Shown: positions 1 through 9,133, numbered from the stretch's first letter. The stretch is DNA of 64,000 nucleotides from a virus (IMGVR_UViG_3300045996_000612:779-64778), one strand, 5' to 3'. The notes: generated by a model from the letters alone, not told the origin. Numbers and translations: made by a program.

Positions 1-443
1 TCCCGGTACTGGTCGGCCAGGAAGTCGGGCACCTCATCGCAGTCCTGCGACGGCTTGAGCCACATGCTGATGCGCACGTTTCCCGCTTTTCCGGGAATCA
101 GGCGCATGGTGTTCAGGTCGATCTGGGTCAGGTAGCGCGGCTCACCCTCGACTTCGCCGACGCGCCAGCCCGGTACGTGCTCATCGAGCCACGCCGTGGT
201 CTTGGGCTCGACCTTCTGGCCATCGAAGAACACGCTCTCGATGTCCATCAGCACGGCGCCATACGGGGCGATGATCGCCTCGGCGTCCTGCGCCGACACT
301 TCGAACTCGTCTTCGTGGCGCCACAGGCGTGTTCTCTCGCAGAACTCGATGGCCGCCTGCCGGATGCCGAAGAACGCCGTGGGTTCGGCCAGGCCGGGCG
401 CGTACGGGTTCATGCTCTTGAGGAATTCGCTCAGGTCTTTCAT
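1..443 (-). CDS. Tail tubular / head-tail adaptor protein (3'-truncated by window edge)
   Basis: ATG at 443 coupled to upstream stop; reads MKDLSEFLKSMNPYAPGLAEPTAFFGIRQAAIEFCERTRLWR... open to position 1; neck-gene position. Confidence 0.7.
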   Translation of the reverse strand, partial: MKDLSEFLKSMNPYAPGLAEPTAFFGIRQAAIEFCERTRLWRHEDEFEVSAQDAEAIIAPYGAVLMDIESVFFDGQKVEPKTTAWLDEHVPGWRVGEVEGEPRYLTQIDLNTMRLIPGKAGNVRISMWLKPSQDCDEVPDFLADQYR

Positions 444-1123
444 ACGCTGTTCCCGGTAGCGGAGTTGACTTGCGCGGCCTGCGACGGCGCGCCGATGGCA
501 TCGGTGAATGCCTGGTAGTGGATGGTCGCCACAGCACCGTTGGCCACCTCGTCGTCCTTGGTGTGGCAGCGATACAGCGCCCAGTTGATGATGGCGTTGG
601 TGAATTCTGGGCGGATGTCGAGCGTGTCGGCCGCATTCGCCACCTGCGGCGGGGCTTTGGACACCAGCACCTCCACCTTCGCGCCAGAGACGGCTGGCGG
701 GTAGACGTAGAACGTGGTCGGGCTGCGCTCGTCGATCATGTAGTGCCGGGTTTCGCGCGCCTTGGCGCTGTGCCAGTCCGGGTCCGAGGCGTTCAGCGCC
801 TGCTGGTCGACGATGCTGATGACGCGCCCGCCGGTGCCCGTGGCCTTGATGTTGCGCACCACGTTCAGAAGCTGCGCCGCACCTTCCGAGCACTGCTGAA
901 AGGTGCCGCCCACCAGTTCCATGACTTCGGTGACAGCGCGCGCGGCAGGCCGGCGCAGCACGATCTCAGCCGCGGCGTCGTTGAACCAGCCAATGCGCTC
1001 CTCTTCCGTCCAGCGCGTGCGGTCCTCGTCGTTCATCAGCCGGTCCAGGCGAACCAGCAGATCCTCGACGGGGATGCCCGAGCTCGCAGCGGCATTCGAT
1101 GCGCTGCTGATGATGATGGTCAT
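440..1123 (-). CDS. Head-tail adaptor (neck) protein
   Basis: 227 aa with RWT.EE...W.N.A and FYVYPP motifs typical of N4/Bcep22-like adaptor proteins. Confidence 0.7.
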   Translation of the reverse strand: MTIIISSASNAAASSGIPVEDLLVRLDRLMNDEDRTRWTEEERIGWFNDAAAEIVLRRPAARAVTEVMELVGGTFQQCSEGAAQLLNVVRNIKATGTGGRVISIVDQQALNASDPDWHSAKARETRHYMIDERSPTTFYVYPPAVSGAKVEVLVSKAPPQVANAADTLDIRPEFTNAIINWALYRCHTKDDEVANGAVATIHYQAFTDAIGAPSQAAQVNSATGNSV

Positions 1124-1410
1124 TGCTCGACTCCTTTGGACAGGCGCCCGGCCGGCGGCGAGTGGTAGCGGGTCTTTTCCTTTTCATGGGCCAGCACGCA
1201 GTGGTTCGGGCCTTGGCGCAGGATGCGCTCGAACACCCAGTCGATCACCGCTTTCCAGAATTTGTAGGGGTTGCGATGCCCGAGCCGCCCGCACCGCGCT
1301 GACAGGGTTTCGTCCGGCCAGGTCTCGCTGCTGAACGGGTTCGACAGCACGTTCAGGAGCTGGTCGACCGCCACAAAGATCAGGTACAGCGCGCGAAGAA
1401 TTGGCTTCAC
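1120..1410 (-). CDS. Small fibre-associated conserved phage protein
   Basis: GTG start after AGGAGG; DQLLN...DETLSAR...NHC motif common downstream of fibre genes. Confidence 0.7.
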   Translation of the reverse strand: MKPILRALYLIFVAVDQLLNVLSNPFSSETWPDETLSARCGRLGHRNPYKFWKAVIDWVFERILRQGPNHCVLAHEKEKTRYHSPPAGRLSKGVEQ

Positions 1411-1418
1411 GATTCCTC

Positions 1419-1760
1419 CTACAGTTTGGATGCTGCAATGAACATGGCGTCGATCTCGGCTTCTGTCTTGCCCAGCGCCGGCACCACAGTGGTGAGCAAC
1501 GGGTCGTCCCGCCGCACGGTATTGCTGTATTCGAACTTGGCGAGCGCCTTGGCGCGCACCACCGGATCGTTGATGGCGTTCAGCACCGCATTCACCTGGT
1601 CGAGCAATCCAGCGTCGATCAGGATGGCGCGGGCCTGCCACATCGCCACCTGCTCCGGCACCAACTCCTCGGCAGCCGCAGCGGCGCGCGCGTCGATTTC
1701 AGCCGCTTCCGCTGGAGTGGCGTCGCGCACTACGCCGCTGTCCATGATCTTATGCGTCAT
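1419..1760 (-). CDS. Tail fibre assembly chaperone-like protein
   Basis: 113 aa after the fibre gene; VP.QV...QAR..L and EIDAMF..A..L motifs. Confidence 0.65.
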   Translation of the reverse strand: MTHKIMDSGVVRDATPAEAAEIDARAAAAAEELVPEQVAMWQARAILIDAGLLDQVNAVLNAINDPVVRAKALAKFEYSNTVRRDDPLLTTVVPALGKTEAEIDAMFIAASKL

Positions 1761-3199
1761 GCGTTTCTCATCCCATAGACGCGCACGGTGCCTGCATTGA
1801 TATTCCCAGTACCTGGCGCCAACCTGAAGCCGGACAAAGCACCGCCACCAGCCGAATAAAGCCCCTCGGCGATGTGAGACTGGATGCCCGAACTGGTACT
1901 GAAGCTGCCGCGTACCCCGATGGTTCGCGCATTACCTGCGCTAGTGTCGTTGACGTTGCGAATATCCAGGGTCAAACTTGCTCGATTGGACGCCCCTGCC
2001 GTCATCGAGTTGGTCACGGACAAATACGTGCTGGCAAAAGAGGAAGATGTTGCTGCGTGCGCATTTGCTCCGATGAAGCTGTTGCCAGTCGTCTCCACAA
2101 CGCCATTTTTTGCGAACCAGAATTGGAGCGATGCTGCAGCAGAAACGGAAAGCCCCTGTATCTCTACGATATAGCGGTCGCAGGAGCTCGTAAAAATGCT
2201 CGGGAAGTCGATCGCCGCCACCGGCGTGCTGACGGTCGCACTGCCCAGCAGCACCAGGGCCGGCGAAGGCAGATCCGACATCATCGCCACCGTCCCGTCC
2301 TTATCCGGGAAGGTGTAGGTGCGTGCCGCGGTGGCCGCGCTGACCAGTTGCGAGACGATGGTGCCGGCCGCGTTCTTCAGGTTGATGGCGAAGCCGGTCA
2401 GGCCGGCAAAGCCGCCGCTGGCGTCCTTGGCCGATGCGTTCTGCTTGCTGGTGCCCAGGTCGCTGATCTGGCGCTGCAGTTTGCCGATCGCGGCAAGGAC
2501 AGTGTCCGTCGCCGCCGCTACCGCGCCGCTCGCGGTCGACAGCCCCGTCAGGGCCGTCGCCAGCACGCGCTCGGCGGTGAAGTAGAGGCGACCGCCTTCA
2601 GGCACGTTCGTCGTGTTGATCACCACATCAGCAGATTCGTCCGGCCCAATGCCATTGACCGTTCCGACACTGCCCTGCAGCAGCCCGGTGGCGCGCAGCT
2701 TCCCATCTTCGTCGAGCGCCAGCCCTTCACCGATAACGACAGCGCCTGGCGTGGTGGTGGTTGCCTTCGGCGGGTTCGTCGCCAGTTCCGCAAGCGCGGC
2801 TTGCATAGTGGTGCTGCTGATCGTCGGGGTCGGCAGAAAGCCGATCATCGACGCTCCACTGGGCGAGCGCAGCGATGCCAGCCCGTCGTCCGGGTTCTCG
2901 ATGCGGTGGAACTCCTGCCCCTTGAGGATGCCGCCCATGTAGACCTGCGCCTGGTAGGCGCCGTCCGACACGTACGCGGCGTACCGCCCCAGATTGTCGG
3001 TGCTCAGTGGGTTGGCGAGCGGCGTGCCATCCTCGTCGGCGAACAGGGCCGCCAGCACGCCGGTCTTGTGGTCGACGATCCTCACGTCAGCACCTGCGAT
3101 GCGCGTGCCGCTTTCGTTCTGGACGACGCCTTCGATGCGCTCGACGTACGCCCCTGGTGGGAGCGATGAGCCATCTTCGATGTCGATAAAGATTGGCAT
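1757..3199 (-). CDS. Fibre/spike protein with head-binding-like N-terminal anchor
   Basis: 480 aa Ala/Thr/Gly-rich; N-terminal AGA.V....LA.L..D..TPL.NP...D..G.Y anchor; fibre motifs RTYTFPDKDGT and GTVRVYG. Confidence 0.7.
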   Translation of the reverse strand: MPIFIDIEDGSSLPPGAYVERIEGVVQNESGTRIAGADVRIVDHKTGVLAALFADEDGTPLANPLSTDNLGRYAAYVSDGAYQAQVYMGGILKGQEFHRIENPDDGLASLRSPSGASMIGFLPTPTISSTTMQAALAELATNPPKATTTTPGAVVIGEGLALDEDGKLRATGLLQGSVGTVNGIGPDESADVVINTTNVPEGGRLYFTAERVLATALTGLSTASGAVAAATDTVLAAIGKLQRQISDLGTSKQNASAKDASGGFAGLTGFAINLKNAAGTIVSQLVSAATAARTYTFPDKDGTVAMMSDLPSPALVLLGSATVSTPVAAIDFPSIFTSSCDRYIVEIQGLSVSAAASLQFWFAKNGVVETTGNSFIGANAHAATSSSFASTYLSVTNSMTAGASNRASLTLDIRNVNDTSAGNARTIGVRGSFSTSSGIQSHIAEGLYSAGGGALSGFRLAPGTGNINAGTVRVYGMRNA

Positions 3200-3208
3200 A
3201 GTCGGCCC

Positions 3209-3688
3209 TTAGCGCTGAATTGCTGGCCCGAGCCAGATGATGATGTTGACGGTCTTGCCGGTCCATGCCGGGGTGGCCGCGTCAGCCGCGACACGCAGCA
3301 CCAGGCGTCCGTTGAGCCCGTTCTGCTTCATGCAGCGCCCGGTCGTGTCAACGATCTTGCTGCCGCCGGCGGTGCGCCCCAAGGTGGTGATGTTGTTCTG
3401 CCACATGCGCCCGTCGATATTCACGATGGTGGCATTGTCGACGGTGACGCCAAGATCGAATGCGACGGTCGGCGTGGCGTTCGTGTCGACCTGGCCGTCG
3501 ATGGTCAGCGCCCAATGCAGGATCTGCCACGCCTGGATGGAGCCATTCGGGAACAGTTCGACCAGATCGCCCAGCGTGGGCGTGCCCGTGAACGTGTACT
3601 CTGCATAGACGACAGAATAGAGGTTGGCCTGCCGGGTCAGGTCAAAGTGCGAGGTCTTACCATTGTTGGTGTTGATCAGGAGCGCCAT
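3209..3688 (-). CDS. Capsid decoration protein paralogue
   Basis: 159 aa; DTNATPTVAFDLG resembles DSNGTPLITLDAG of the 5620-6105 protein. Confidence 0.55.
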   Translation of the reverse strand: MALLINTNNGKTSHFDLTRQANLYSVVYAEYTFTGTPTLGDLVELFPNGSIQAWQILHWALTIDGQVDTNATPTVAFDLGVTVDNATIVNIDGRMWQNNITTLGRTAGGSKIVDTTGRCMKQNGLNGRLVLRVAADAATPAWTGKTVNIIIWLGPAIQR

Positions 3689-4926
3689 TTTTTCGCCTCA
3701 AGGCAGGAAAATTCACGGACCAGGATCGAGCGCTCAACAATGCAGCTTGGCACCGTCGAGCATGGCATCCCGGTCGTGGTCAGCGGGCCGCTCACTTCGT
3801 ACAGCCCCAGGCGCGGGATGATGTCGATGTAGCGGCCTGCCGCGTTTCGCGGGTGGCTGGTGGCGCCTTCGACGTGGAACCAGAGTTCTCCGTTGAACGT
3901 GGCTTTGAAGTAGCCCCGACCACCATCGCGGATGCGCCGATCGTCCAGGTAAAAATCCAGCACGATCTCGTTGTAGCTGGTGCCGGACAGAATGCGTCCG
4001 GGCGTGCCACTTCGGAAATGAACGCGGCGCGTGTCGGCGTCGCTCCACTTCATGTAGGAGCTGATCGAATCCGGGTCGTTGCTGGCCATGCCCATGCCCT
4101 CGACCATCGTGTGAAGTTCCGGGTACAGCATCGTCCCATCGAGGTTGAAATACAGAGGCGACGACGCTGTATTGAGCTGGCCAGGGCTGAACACGTTGTC
4201 GCCCTGCGTGTCGCCAGCCTGGGCGAGCGAGAAAATCGACCCGGTGAACTGCTTGATCCCGGCAGTGAGCTTGTCGGCCCAGCCGTTGCTGTTGGGATGG
4301 TTCAAGCGAAACGCCAGGTACATGCGGTAATGCGTCTGGAACTTGAGCGGCTGGCCGTAGGCGAGCGCGCGCGGGCGGTTGATCGTGACCAGGTGCGAAG
4401 GCAGGATCGTGAATTTCCAGGAGCACATATCCGCATCGGGGATGGCGCTGGTGATCACGCCAGATGCGCCCATGCCGGCCTTGTCATTCACGCGAGACAG
4501 GATGCTGCTCACATCCGCAGCGCCAGATCGAATATCGGCGCCCGTGGTCAGTTGACCGTTGCCGTACAACATGGCGAAGGGGAACTGCGACAGGTCACGC
4601 TGGCGCCCGGACAGGAAGTGATCGGACGTTTCCCTGGGGTAGCCAGGATTGATCGGCGCGATCTCGTCAGCCGGGTCGAACAGCACCACACGATACTGCT
4701 TCTTCTGCACACCATCGACCGAAAGGACGACCTCATACTGGCCGTTGGGCGCGCGGAACTCGTAGTAGCCGCTCGCATCAGAGGTAAATGGATTGTCCAG
4801 CGGGGTCGCACCGTCGGCGTAGTAGAGCGACGCCAGGGTGGTCGTGCCGGCCAGGTTGACCCGCACCACGGCGCCGGCTACCGGGCGACTCTTCCTGCTG
4901 ACGATGGTGTGATCGTGGCGATCCAT
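3676..4926 (-). CDS. Spike protein: head-binding-like anchor plus putative polysaccharide-lyase/ConA-like domain
   Basis: 416 aa; same N-terminal anchor as 1757-3199; C-terminal beta-rich GYFKATFNG...PRLGLY. Confidence 0.55.
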   Translation of the reverse strand: MDRHDHTIVSRKSRPVAGAVVRVNLAGTTTLASLYYADGATPLDNPFTSDASGYYEFRAPNGQYEVVLSVDGVQKKQYRVVLFDPADEIAPINPGYPRETSDHFLSGRQRDLSQFPFAMLYGNGQLTTGADIRSGAADVSSILSRVNDKAGMGASGVITSAIPDADMCSWKFTILPSHLVTINRPRALAYGQPLKFQTHYRMYLAFRLNHPNSNGWADKLTAGIKQFTGSIFSLAQAGDTQGDNVFSPGQLNTASSPLYFNLDGTMLYPELHTMVEGMGMASNDPDSISSYMKWSDADTRRVHFRSGTPGRILSGTSYNEIVLDFYLDDRRIRDGGRGYFKATFNGELWFHVEGATSHPRNAAGRYIDIIPRLGLYEVSGPLTTTGMPCSTVPSCIVERSILVREFSCLEAKKWRS

Positions 4927-4944
4927 GCTGCTCCTTCAGGCGAT

Positions 4945-5547
4945 TTATTCGGCCAACTTCTTGCGCAGGTTCTCGACGCTGACGTTGTGGTGCGGCTTGA
5001 CGCCAAATTTGGCGACATGCTGCTCGACCAGAGCGGCGCGCTCATCCTTTCCGTCGACCTTGCCGTCGCCGTTGACGTCAGCCTGCAGGCCGTCCAGCAC
5101 TTCGTCGATCAGGTCTTCACGGGTCGGGCCTTCGAGCTCATTCCACTCCTGCACGTCCAGGCCGGATGCCTTGTGGGCGCGCGCGACGATCTCGCCGAGC
5201 TGGTAGGTCTTGCCGTGGATGGTGAAGTTGGCCGGGTGGCTGTCGCTGCCGAGCAGGATGTCCTGCTGCGCCGGCGACAGGTCAGGCAGTTGTACATCGC
5301 CGACGGCAACGGAGCCATCGGGGTAGTTCTTGACGTAGGCCTTGGTCTCGACTGGCGCGGCAACTGGCTTCTCGCCACCCTTGTAAATGCGGTATCCCTC
5401 GGGGATCGACAGGAAACGGGCGACGTGCTCGTCGTCCTGTACATCGGCGACGTGCGCGCCGTCAGCCAGCGGGGCGAAGTGGTAGTCGATCTTGCCGAGT
5501 TCGACATGGGTGCCGCCCTCGCGCTTCAGTTTGCATTCGATGTCCAT
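4945..5547 (-). CDS. Head-cluster protein with EF-hand-like loop
   Basis: 200 aa, SD GGGAG; DVNGDGKVDGKDE loop; conserved-looking IECKLKREGGT...YHF.P N-terminus. Confidence 0.65.
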   Translation of the reverse strand: MDIECKLKREGGTHVELGKIDYHFAPLADGAHVADVQDDEHVARFLSIPEGYRIYKGGEKPVAAPVETKAYVKNYPDGSVAVGDVQLPDLSPAQQDILLGSDSHPANFTIHGKTYQLGEIVARAHKASGLDVQEWNELEGPTREDLIDEVLDGLQADVNGDGKVDGKDERAALVEQHVAKFGVKPHHNVSVENLRKKLAE

Positions 5548-5578
5548 GCTGCTCTCCCTGATTTTATGGTGGTGATGC

Positions 5579-5604
5579 GAAAACAGGGGCAGCTAAGCCC
5601 CTGT
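5579..5604 (-). terminator. Intrinsic terminator after capsid/decoration genes
   Basis: ACAGGGGC-TTAGCT-GCCCCTGT followed by TTT on the minus strand. Confidence 0.6.
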
Positions 5605-5619
5605 CTTGTCCGGCCTTGC

Positions 5620-6105
5620 TTAGAACTGCAGGCGGTGGTCGGCGGCGTGCATCGTGAGGCGCAGGCGAATACGGCCAGCCTGTGCAGTTGCCGGCGCCGC
5701 CGTCACCTTGACGCCGATCGAGCGGTCAACTTCGGACGGCAAAATGGTGAACGCTTGCAGTTTGGCTGGGCGCACACCCGAAGTGCCGGTGCGAGCGCCC
5801 TGGTCGGCGAAAAACAGTTGGTTCCCGCACGCACGCGCGCTGACGGTATCGCCTGGCGTGCCGGTCAGCAGACCGGCGTCGAGGGTAATCAGCGGGGTAC
5901 CGTTCGAGTCCAGATCATCGACGATCAGAATGGCGTCGGTGATGGTGTGGTTCGCCGGCAGGATGCCGATATCGAACTGGTCATTCAGCAGCAACTGGCC
6001 AGCGGTGACGTCGATGAAGTAGTCGTTGACCACAGGCTGACCGGCTGCAGGCGAGGTGGCGGTCACGTACTGGCCGGTGATGAACTTGGAAGCGTAAGTT
6101 GCCAT
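5620..6105 (-). CDS. Capsid decoration/cement protein
   Basis: ATG at 6105 with AGGAG SD; directly after the capsid gene; beta-rich, 161 aa. Confidence 0.7.
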   Translation of the reverse strand: MATYASKFITGQYVTATSPAAGQPVVNDYFIDVTAGQLLLNDQFDIGILPANHTITDAILIVDDLDSNGTPLITLDAGLLTGTPGDTVSARACGNQLFFADQGARTGTSGVRPAKLQAFTILPSEVDRSIGVKVTAAPATAQAGRIRLRLTMHAADHRLQF

Positions 6106-6180
6106 GTAAAGCTCCTGAGATTGTGTGTGTGAAGTCGTGCCCAGATGGACTGGCCCAGATGTCACTCCGGGCCGTCACGA

Positions 6181-7284
6181 TCAGGCTGCGTTCGGATCTT
6201 TCGCAGCGGTGTCGATCGAGATCACACCGAAGTCCTTGTTGTTGAAACGGGCCTTCTTGATGCCGGCGATGAAGCCCGACGCGATCTGCGGGTTGTTGCC
6301 GAAGTCGTCGACTTCCTCTTCCCAGGTGTAGCGCATGCCACCGCCCGAGTTGCCGTAGGCGACCACGCCAGCCTGGCGGCCCAGGAACAGGGCGCGCGCG
6401 GCGTTCACGTTCGAGCTGGCGCCGTAGTCGCTGAAGCGGATGACCGAGCGGTGCGCATGCAGCACGGTGTTGCCCAGCAGGCCAAGCTGACCCTTGAAGA
6501 TCGGGTTGTTGCGACCTTCGCTGGCAGCGGCTGCCTTCTGGAAGTCCACCCAGCCAGCGGTGTCGGCGGTGCGCAGATCGAATGCCTGGTCTTCCGACAT
6601 CAGCAGCACATACTGATCTTCGGCGCCGTTGCTAACCGGGACCATGTTGGCGGTTTCCGGGTTACGGGCTTGCATCATTTTGCCCTTATTCTGGGCACGC
6701 TCGACAACCAAACGGGTCATCTTGTCGGCGGCGGTCAGGGTCGCCTTGCTGGTCGCCGGGCCGGCGTACAAAATGTGATCGGCGTCCGGTGCCTGCAGGG
6801 CGTTACCGGCGAAGCCAGCGAAGGAGGTGTCTTCGATGAAGTCCTCGTTGATGCCGCGCGCGCCCGACAGGTAGATGAAGAAGAATTCGTCGACCAGCTT
6901 GGCGAAGTAGTCGGACAGGCGGCCCTTACCGATCTTGCGCACGTCGTGGACGATGCGCTTGCGGCTCATCTTGCCGCCCAGATCGATACCGTGACGCACC
7001 TGGTCGATGACCACTTCGTCGGTGAAGAACTTGATGCCTTCGGTCTTGCCCTTCAGCTTGGCGTCGCCGTAGGTCGGCTTGCCACGGAGCTGGACGCACA
7101 GGTCGAACGACACGCGATCGCCGGCGTCGGACTCCAGGTCGTTCTTCTTCTGGATGATGTGGTTGTCCGAGTCGCCGATGAAACGGCCCTCGAAGTAGGA
7201 TTTGCGCGCGTGGTCGATCGCCAGGTTGGTCGACCACTTCTTTTGGGTCTTGACGTCGGAAGTACCGAATACGGTGCCGCTCAT
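6181..7284 (-). CDS. Major capsid protein (N4-gp56/DUF4043-like)
   Basis: 367 aa; LESDAGDRVSFDL.VQL, IDQVRH, RALFLGRQAG and DFGVISIDTA motifs; downstream of portal and scaffold. Confidence 0.9.
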   Translation of the reverse strand: MSGTVFGTSDVKTQKKWSTNLAIDHARKSYFEGRFIGDSDNHIIQKKNDLESDAGDRVSFDLCVQLRGKPTYGDAKLKGKTEGIKFFTDEVVIDQVRHGIDLGGKMSRKRIVHDVRKIGKGRLSDYFAKLVDEFFFIYLSGARGINEDFIEDTSFAGFAGNALQAPDADHILYAGPATSKATLTAADKMTRLVVERAQNKGKMMQARNPETANMVPVSNGAEDQYVLLMSEDQAFDLRTADTAGWVDFQKAAAASEGRNNPIFKGQLGLLGNTVLHAHRSVIRFSDYGASSNVNAARALFLGRQAGVVAYGNSGGGMRYTWEEEVDDFGNNPQIASGFIAGIKKARFNNKDFGVISIDTAAKDPNAA

Positions 7285-7387
7285 GGTGGAGTGCCTTTCA
7301 AAAGAGTTGATGGTTCAACGCTTTTCGGCACGTCCTGCGCGGAAAAACTGGTACGATTATCCGACGGATGGTTAGAAAATGCAACCG
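7285..7387 (-). promoter_or_regulatory. Capsid promoter and structured 5' leader with a GGA hairpin
   Basis: TTGCAT(7384-7379)-17 bp-GATAAT(7361-7356); GCGC-AGGAC-GTGC hairpin at 7340-7328; operator palindrome at 7369-7387. Confidence 0.7.
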
Positions 7388-7388
7388 T

Positions 7389-7874
7389 TTAGGGCATGTC
7401 AGGCCACCACCGATTATATTTTTGAATGTTTTCCCTGCGTCGAAGTATTTGCAGATTTGCCTCGCAATGTAAGCCGGACACAATTGGAGACTTGAGCGGG
7501 ACGATGTGATCCACCGACCATACAGCCGCCCCCTCGGCGCGATTGCGCCGGATAACCTCTGCGTAGAGTGTCTCCATGGCCTCTTGATTGGCCCACTTCG
7601 GAATTACAGCACCATTCCCCGTGCGGAATTGGGCAGCACCCCTTGCTTTGTGGCGAGCATCTTTTCGATCAACGATCTGTGGATTTTCTTGCCGATATTG
7701 CCTGTTGTCAGCAGAGGCTCGCAGGGAGGTCCGCTCAATGTGCTGACATGTGACGCACACCTTGTTTAGTGTGTACCGTTCGCATAGATGCCCATGCTTA
7801 CAAGGTTTGCCGGTGAAGTATTTTTTGAGGCCGTGAGCAAGCGCCTCTCTGCGAGAGATGAGATGCAATTCCAT
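7389..7874 (-). CDS. HNH homing endonuclease
   Basis: YFTGKPCKHGH..RY....CVTC N-terminus; VDHIVPL...VSGLH..ANLQIL...EN..K.N HNH motif; lower GC than flanks. Confidence 0.85.
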   Translation of the reverse strand: MELHLISRREALAHGLKKYFTGKPCKHGHLCERYTLNKVCVTCQHIERTSLRASADNRQYRQENPQIVDRKDARHKARGAAQFRTGNGAVIPKWANQEAMETLYAEVIRRNRAEGAAVWSVDHIVPLKSPIVSGLHCEANLQILRRRENIQKYNRWWPDMP

Positions 7875-7956
7875 ATAACTGTCCCAAGTTATCGCCCCAA
7901 GTAGTAGTGGGGAAATCCGTGGGACAACGGACTTTCGGGTTGCATGCCCTATCCCC
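7875..7956 (-). ncRNA. Structured cis-RNA upstream of HNH gene (c4-like three-way junction)
   Basis: GGGGA/TCCCC closing stem with GGG/CCC and TCCG/CGGA inner helices; loop TTGTCCCA complementary to RBS-loop TGGGACA; TATAAT just upstream. Confidence 0.5.
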
Positions 7957-7971
7957 AAAGGAATTATACAA

Positions 7972-8163
7972 CTAATCCTTGCCTGTGATCCCGTGTGCGG
8001 CTGCAAATTGCACAACCTTACTCCTATCTTGCACTCGGCTGATAGGAACCGACTTGTCCGCCCTGACGGCAAGGCGCGCAATCTGACCCGATTTCGCCTC
8101 CAACGTGACAATGACGTCGCCGATCGAGATAGATTCACCGGGTTTGATGTCGATTTTGAACAA
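7972..8163 (-). CDS. csrA: CsrA/RsmA-like RNA-binding protein
   Basis: 63 aa; KPGESISIGDVIVT....G..ARLAV.A.KSV.I.R aligns to the CsrA consensus; TTG start with GAGAGG SD; same position as in Bcep22-like phages. Confidence 0.7.
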   Translation of the reverse strand: MFKIDIKPGESISIGDVIVTLEAKSGQIARLAVRADKSVPISRVQDRSKVVQFAAAHGITGKD

Positions 8164-8184
8164 GTCGGCCTCTCAGGTAGTGGG

Positions 8185-9132
8185 TTATTCAGCCAGGTAC
8201 GCTTCGCGATCGGCGTCGGACAGCTTGGCCAGCGCCGCCTCGTAGGCACCGGGATTGGTGTCCATCAGGCGGTCCAGGCTGGCAAAGCGACCTTCGCCGG
8301 GGTTGTTCGCCGCAGCGGCCGGCAGGCGCGAGATGTCCGGCGGCAGGTCCGGTTTCGGCGCGCCCTTCTTGGCGGCGGGCGCCGGCGCCGGATCTTTCTT
8401 GGCTGGCGTCTTGGCGATGCCGGCTTCGACCAGGTTGGCATGGGCCTTGGACAGCACCTGCGCATCGGTCAGGTTCGGCTCGGCCTTGGCCACGTCGCGC
8501 ACTTCCATGTCCAGCGCGCGGTACAGGCGCGGGTTGGCGGTGTAGCCGTTCTTCTCGGCGAAGTTGTTGGCATAGGCCACCCATTCGTTCTGGCGGCGCT
8601 GCAATTCCATCTCGGTGGCCAGTTGCGCGCGCTCGACCTGGCGCTCGATGGTGCGTTCCTGCTTGACCAGTTCGTCCTTCTGCGCCTCGTACTCGTCGAA
8701 GGTCAGGTCGCCGTCGTCGTAGTGCTTGCGCAGGTCGGCCTTTTGGGTGCCGATCGCGGCCAGTTTCGCTTCCGCATCGGCCGGCGCCTCGACAACTAGG
8801 ACGGGAGCGCTCGGCGCTGGGCGCGGTTCATCGGCGGCAACTGGCTGCTGTGCATCGGCAGGCGCAGCCGGGTCTGCTGCGGCAGCGGCGGCTGCATCCA
8901 CGTCAGCGGCAGGATCAGCGCCGCTATCCTGGCCGCCTTCAGGCGCTGCCGGTTGCTGGTCATCGTCTTCATCGTCGTCCTTGCTGGTGGAGGCTGCGGC
9001 TGCCTTGGCTGCGTCTTCGAGTTCGCCCTGCGTGGCGTTCGGGTTTTCATCGTCCGGCTCGGCCAGCGCAGCGCGCTCCTCGGGGGTCAGGCCAGCCAGC
9101 ACTTCGTCTGCGGTATTGTGCACTTCGCTCAT
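8185..9132 (-). CDS. Capsid scaffolding protein
   Basis: Acidic, helical, 315 aa between portal and capsid; ends with E.ALAKLS.A.REAYL. Confidence 0.75.
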   Translation of the reverse strand: MSEVHNTADEVLAGLTPEERAALAEPDDENPNATQGELEDAAKAAAASTSKDDDEDDDQQPAAPEGGQDSGADPAADVDAAAAAAADPAAPADAQQPVAADEPRPAPSAPVLVVEAPADAEAKLAAIGTQKADLRKHYDDGDLTFDEYEAQKDELVKQERTIERQVERAQLATEMELQRRQNEWVAYANNFAEKNGYTANPRLYRALDMEVRDVAKAEPNLTDAQVLSKAHANLVEAGIAKTPAKKDPAPAPAAKKGAPKPDLPPDISRLPAAAANNPGEGRFASLDRLMDTNPGAYEAALAKLSDADREAYLAE

Positions 9133-9133
9133 G

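Noticed and set aside
7389-8249. 286-aa ORF as listed, and a possible group I intron around the HNH
   Set aside because: The true start is probably 7874 and the extension overlaps csrA; flanking genes are intact, so the HNH is free-standing
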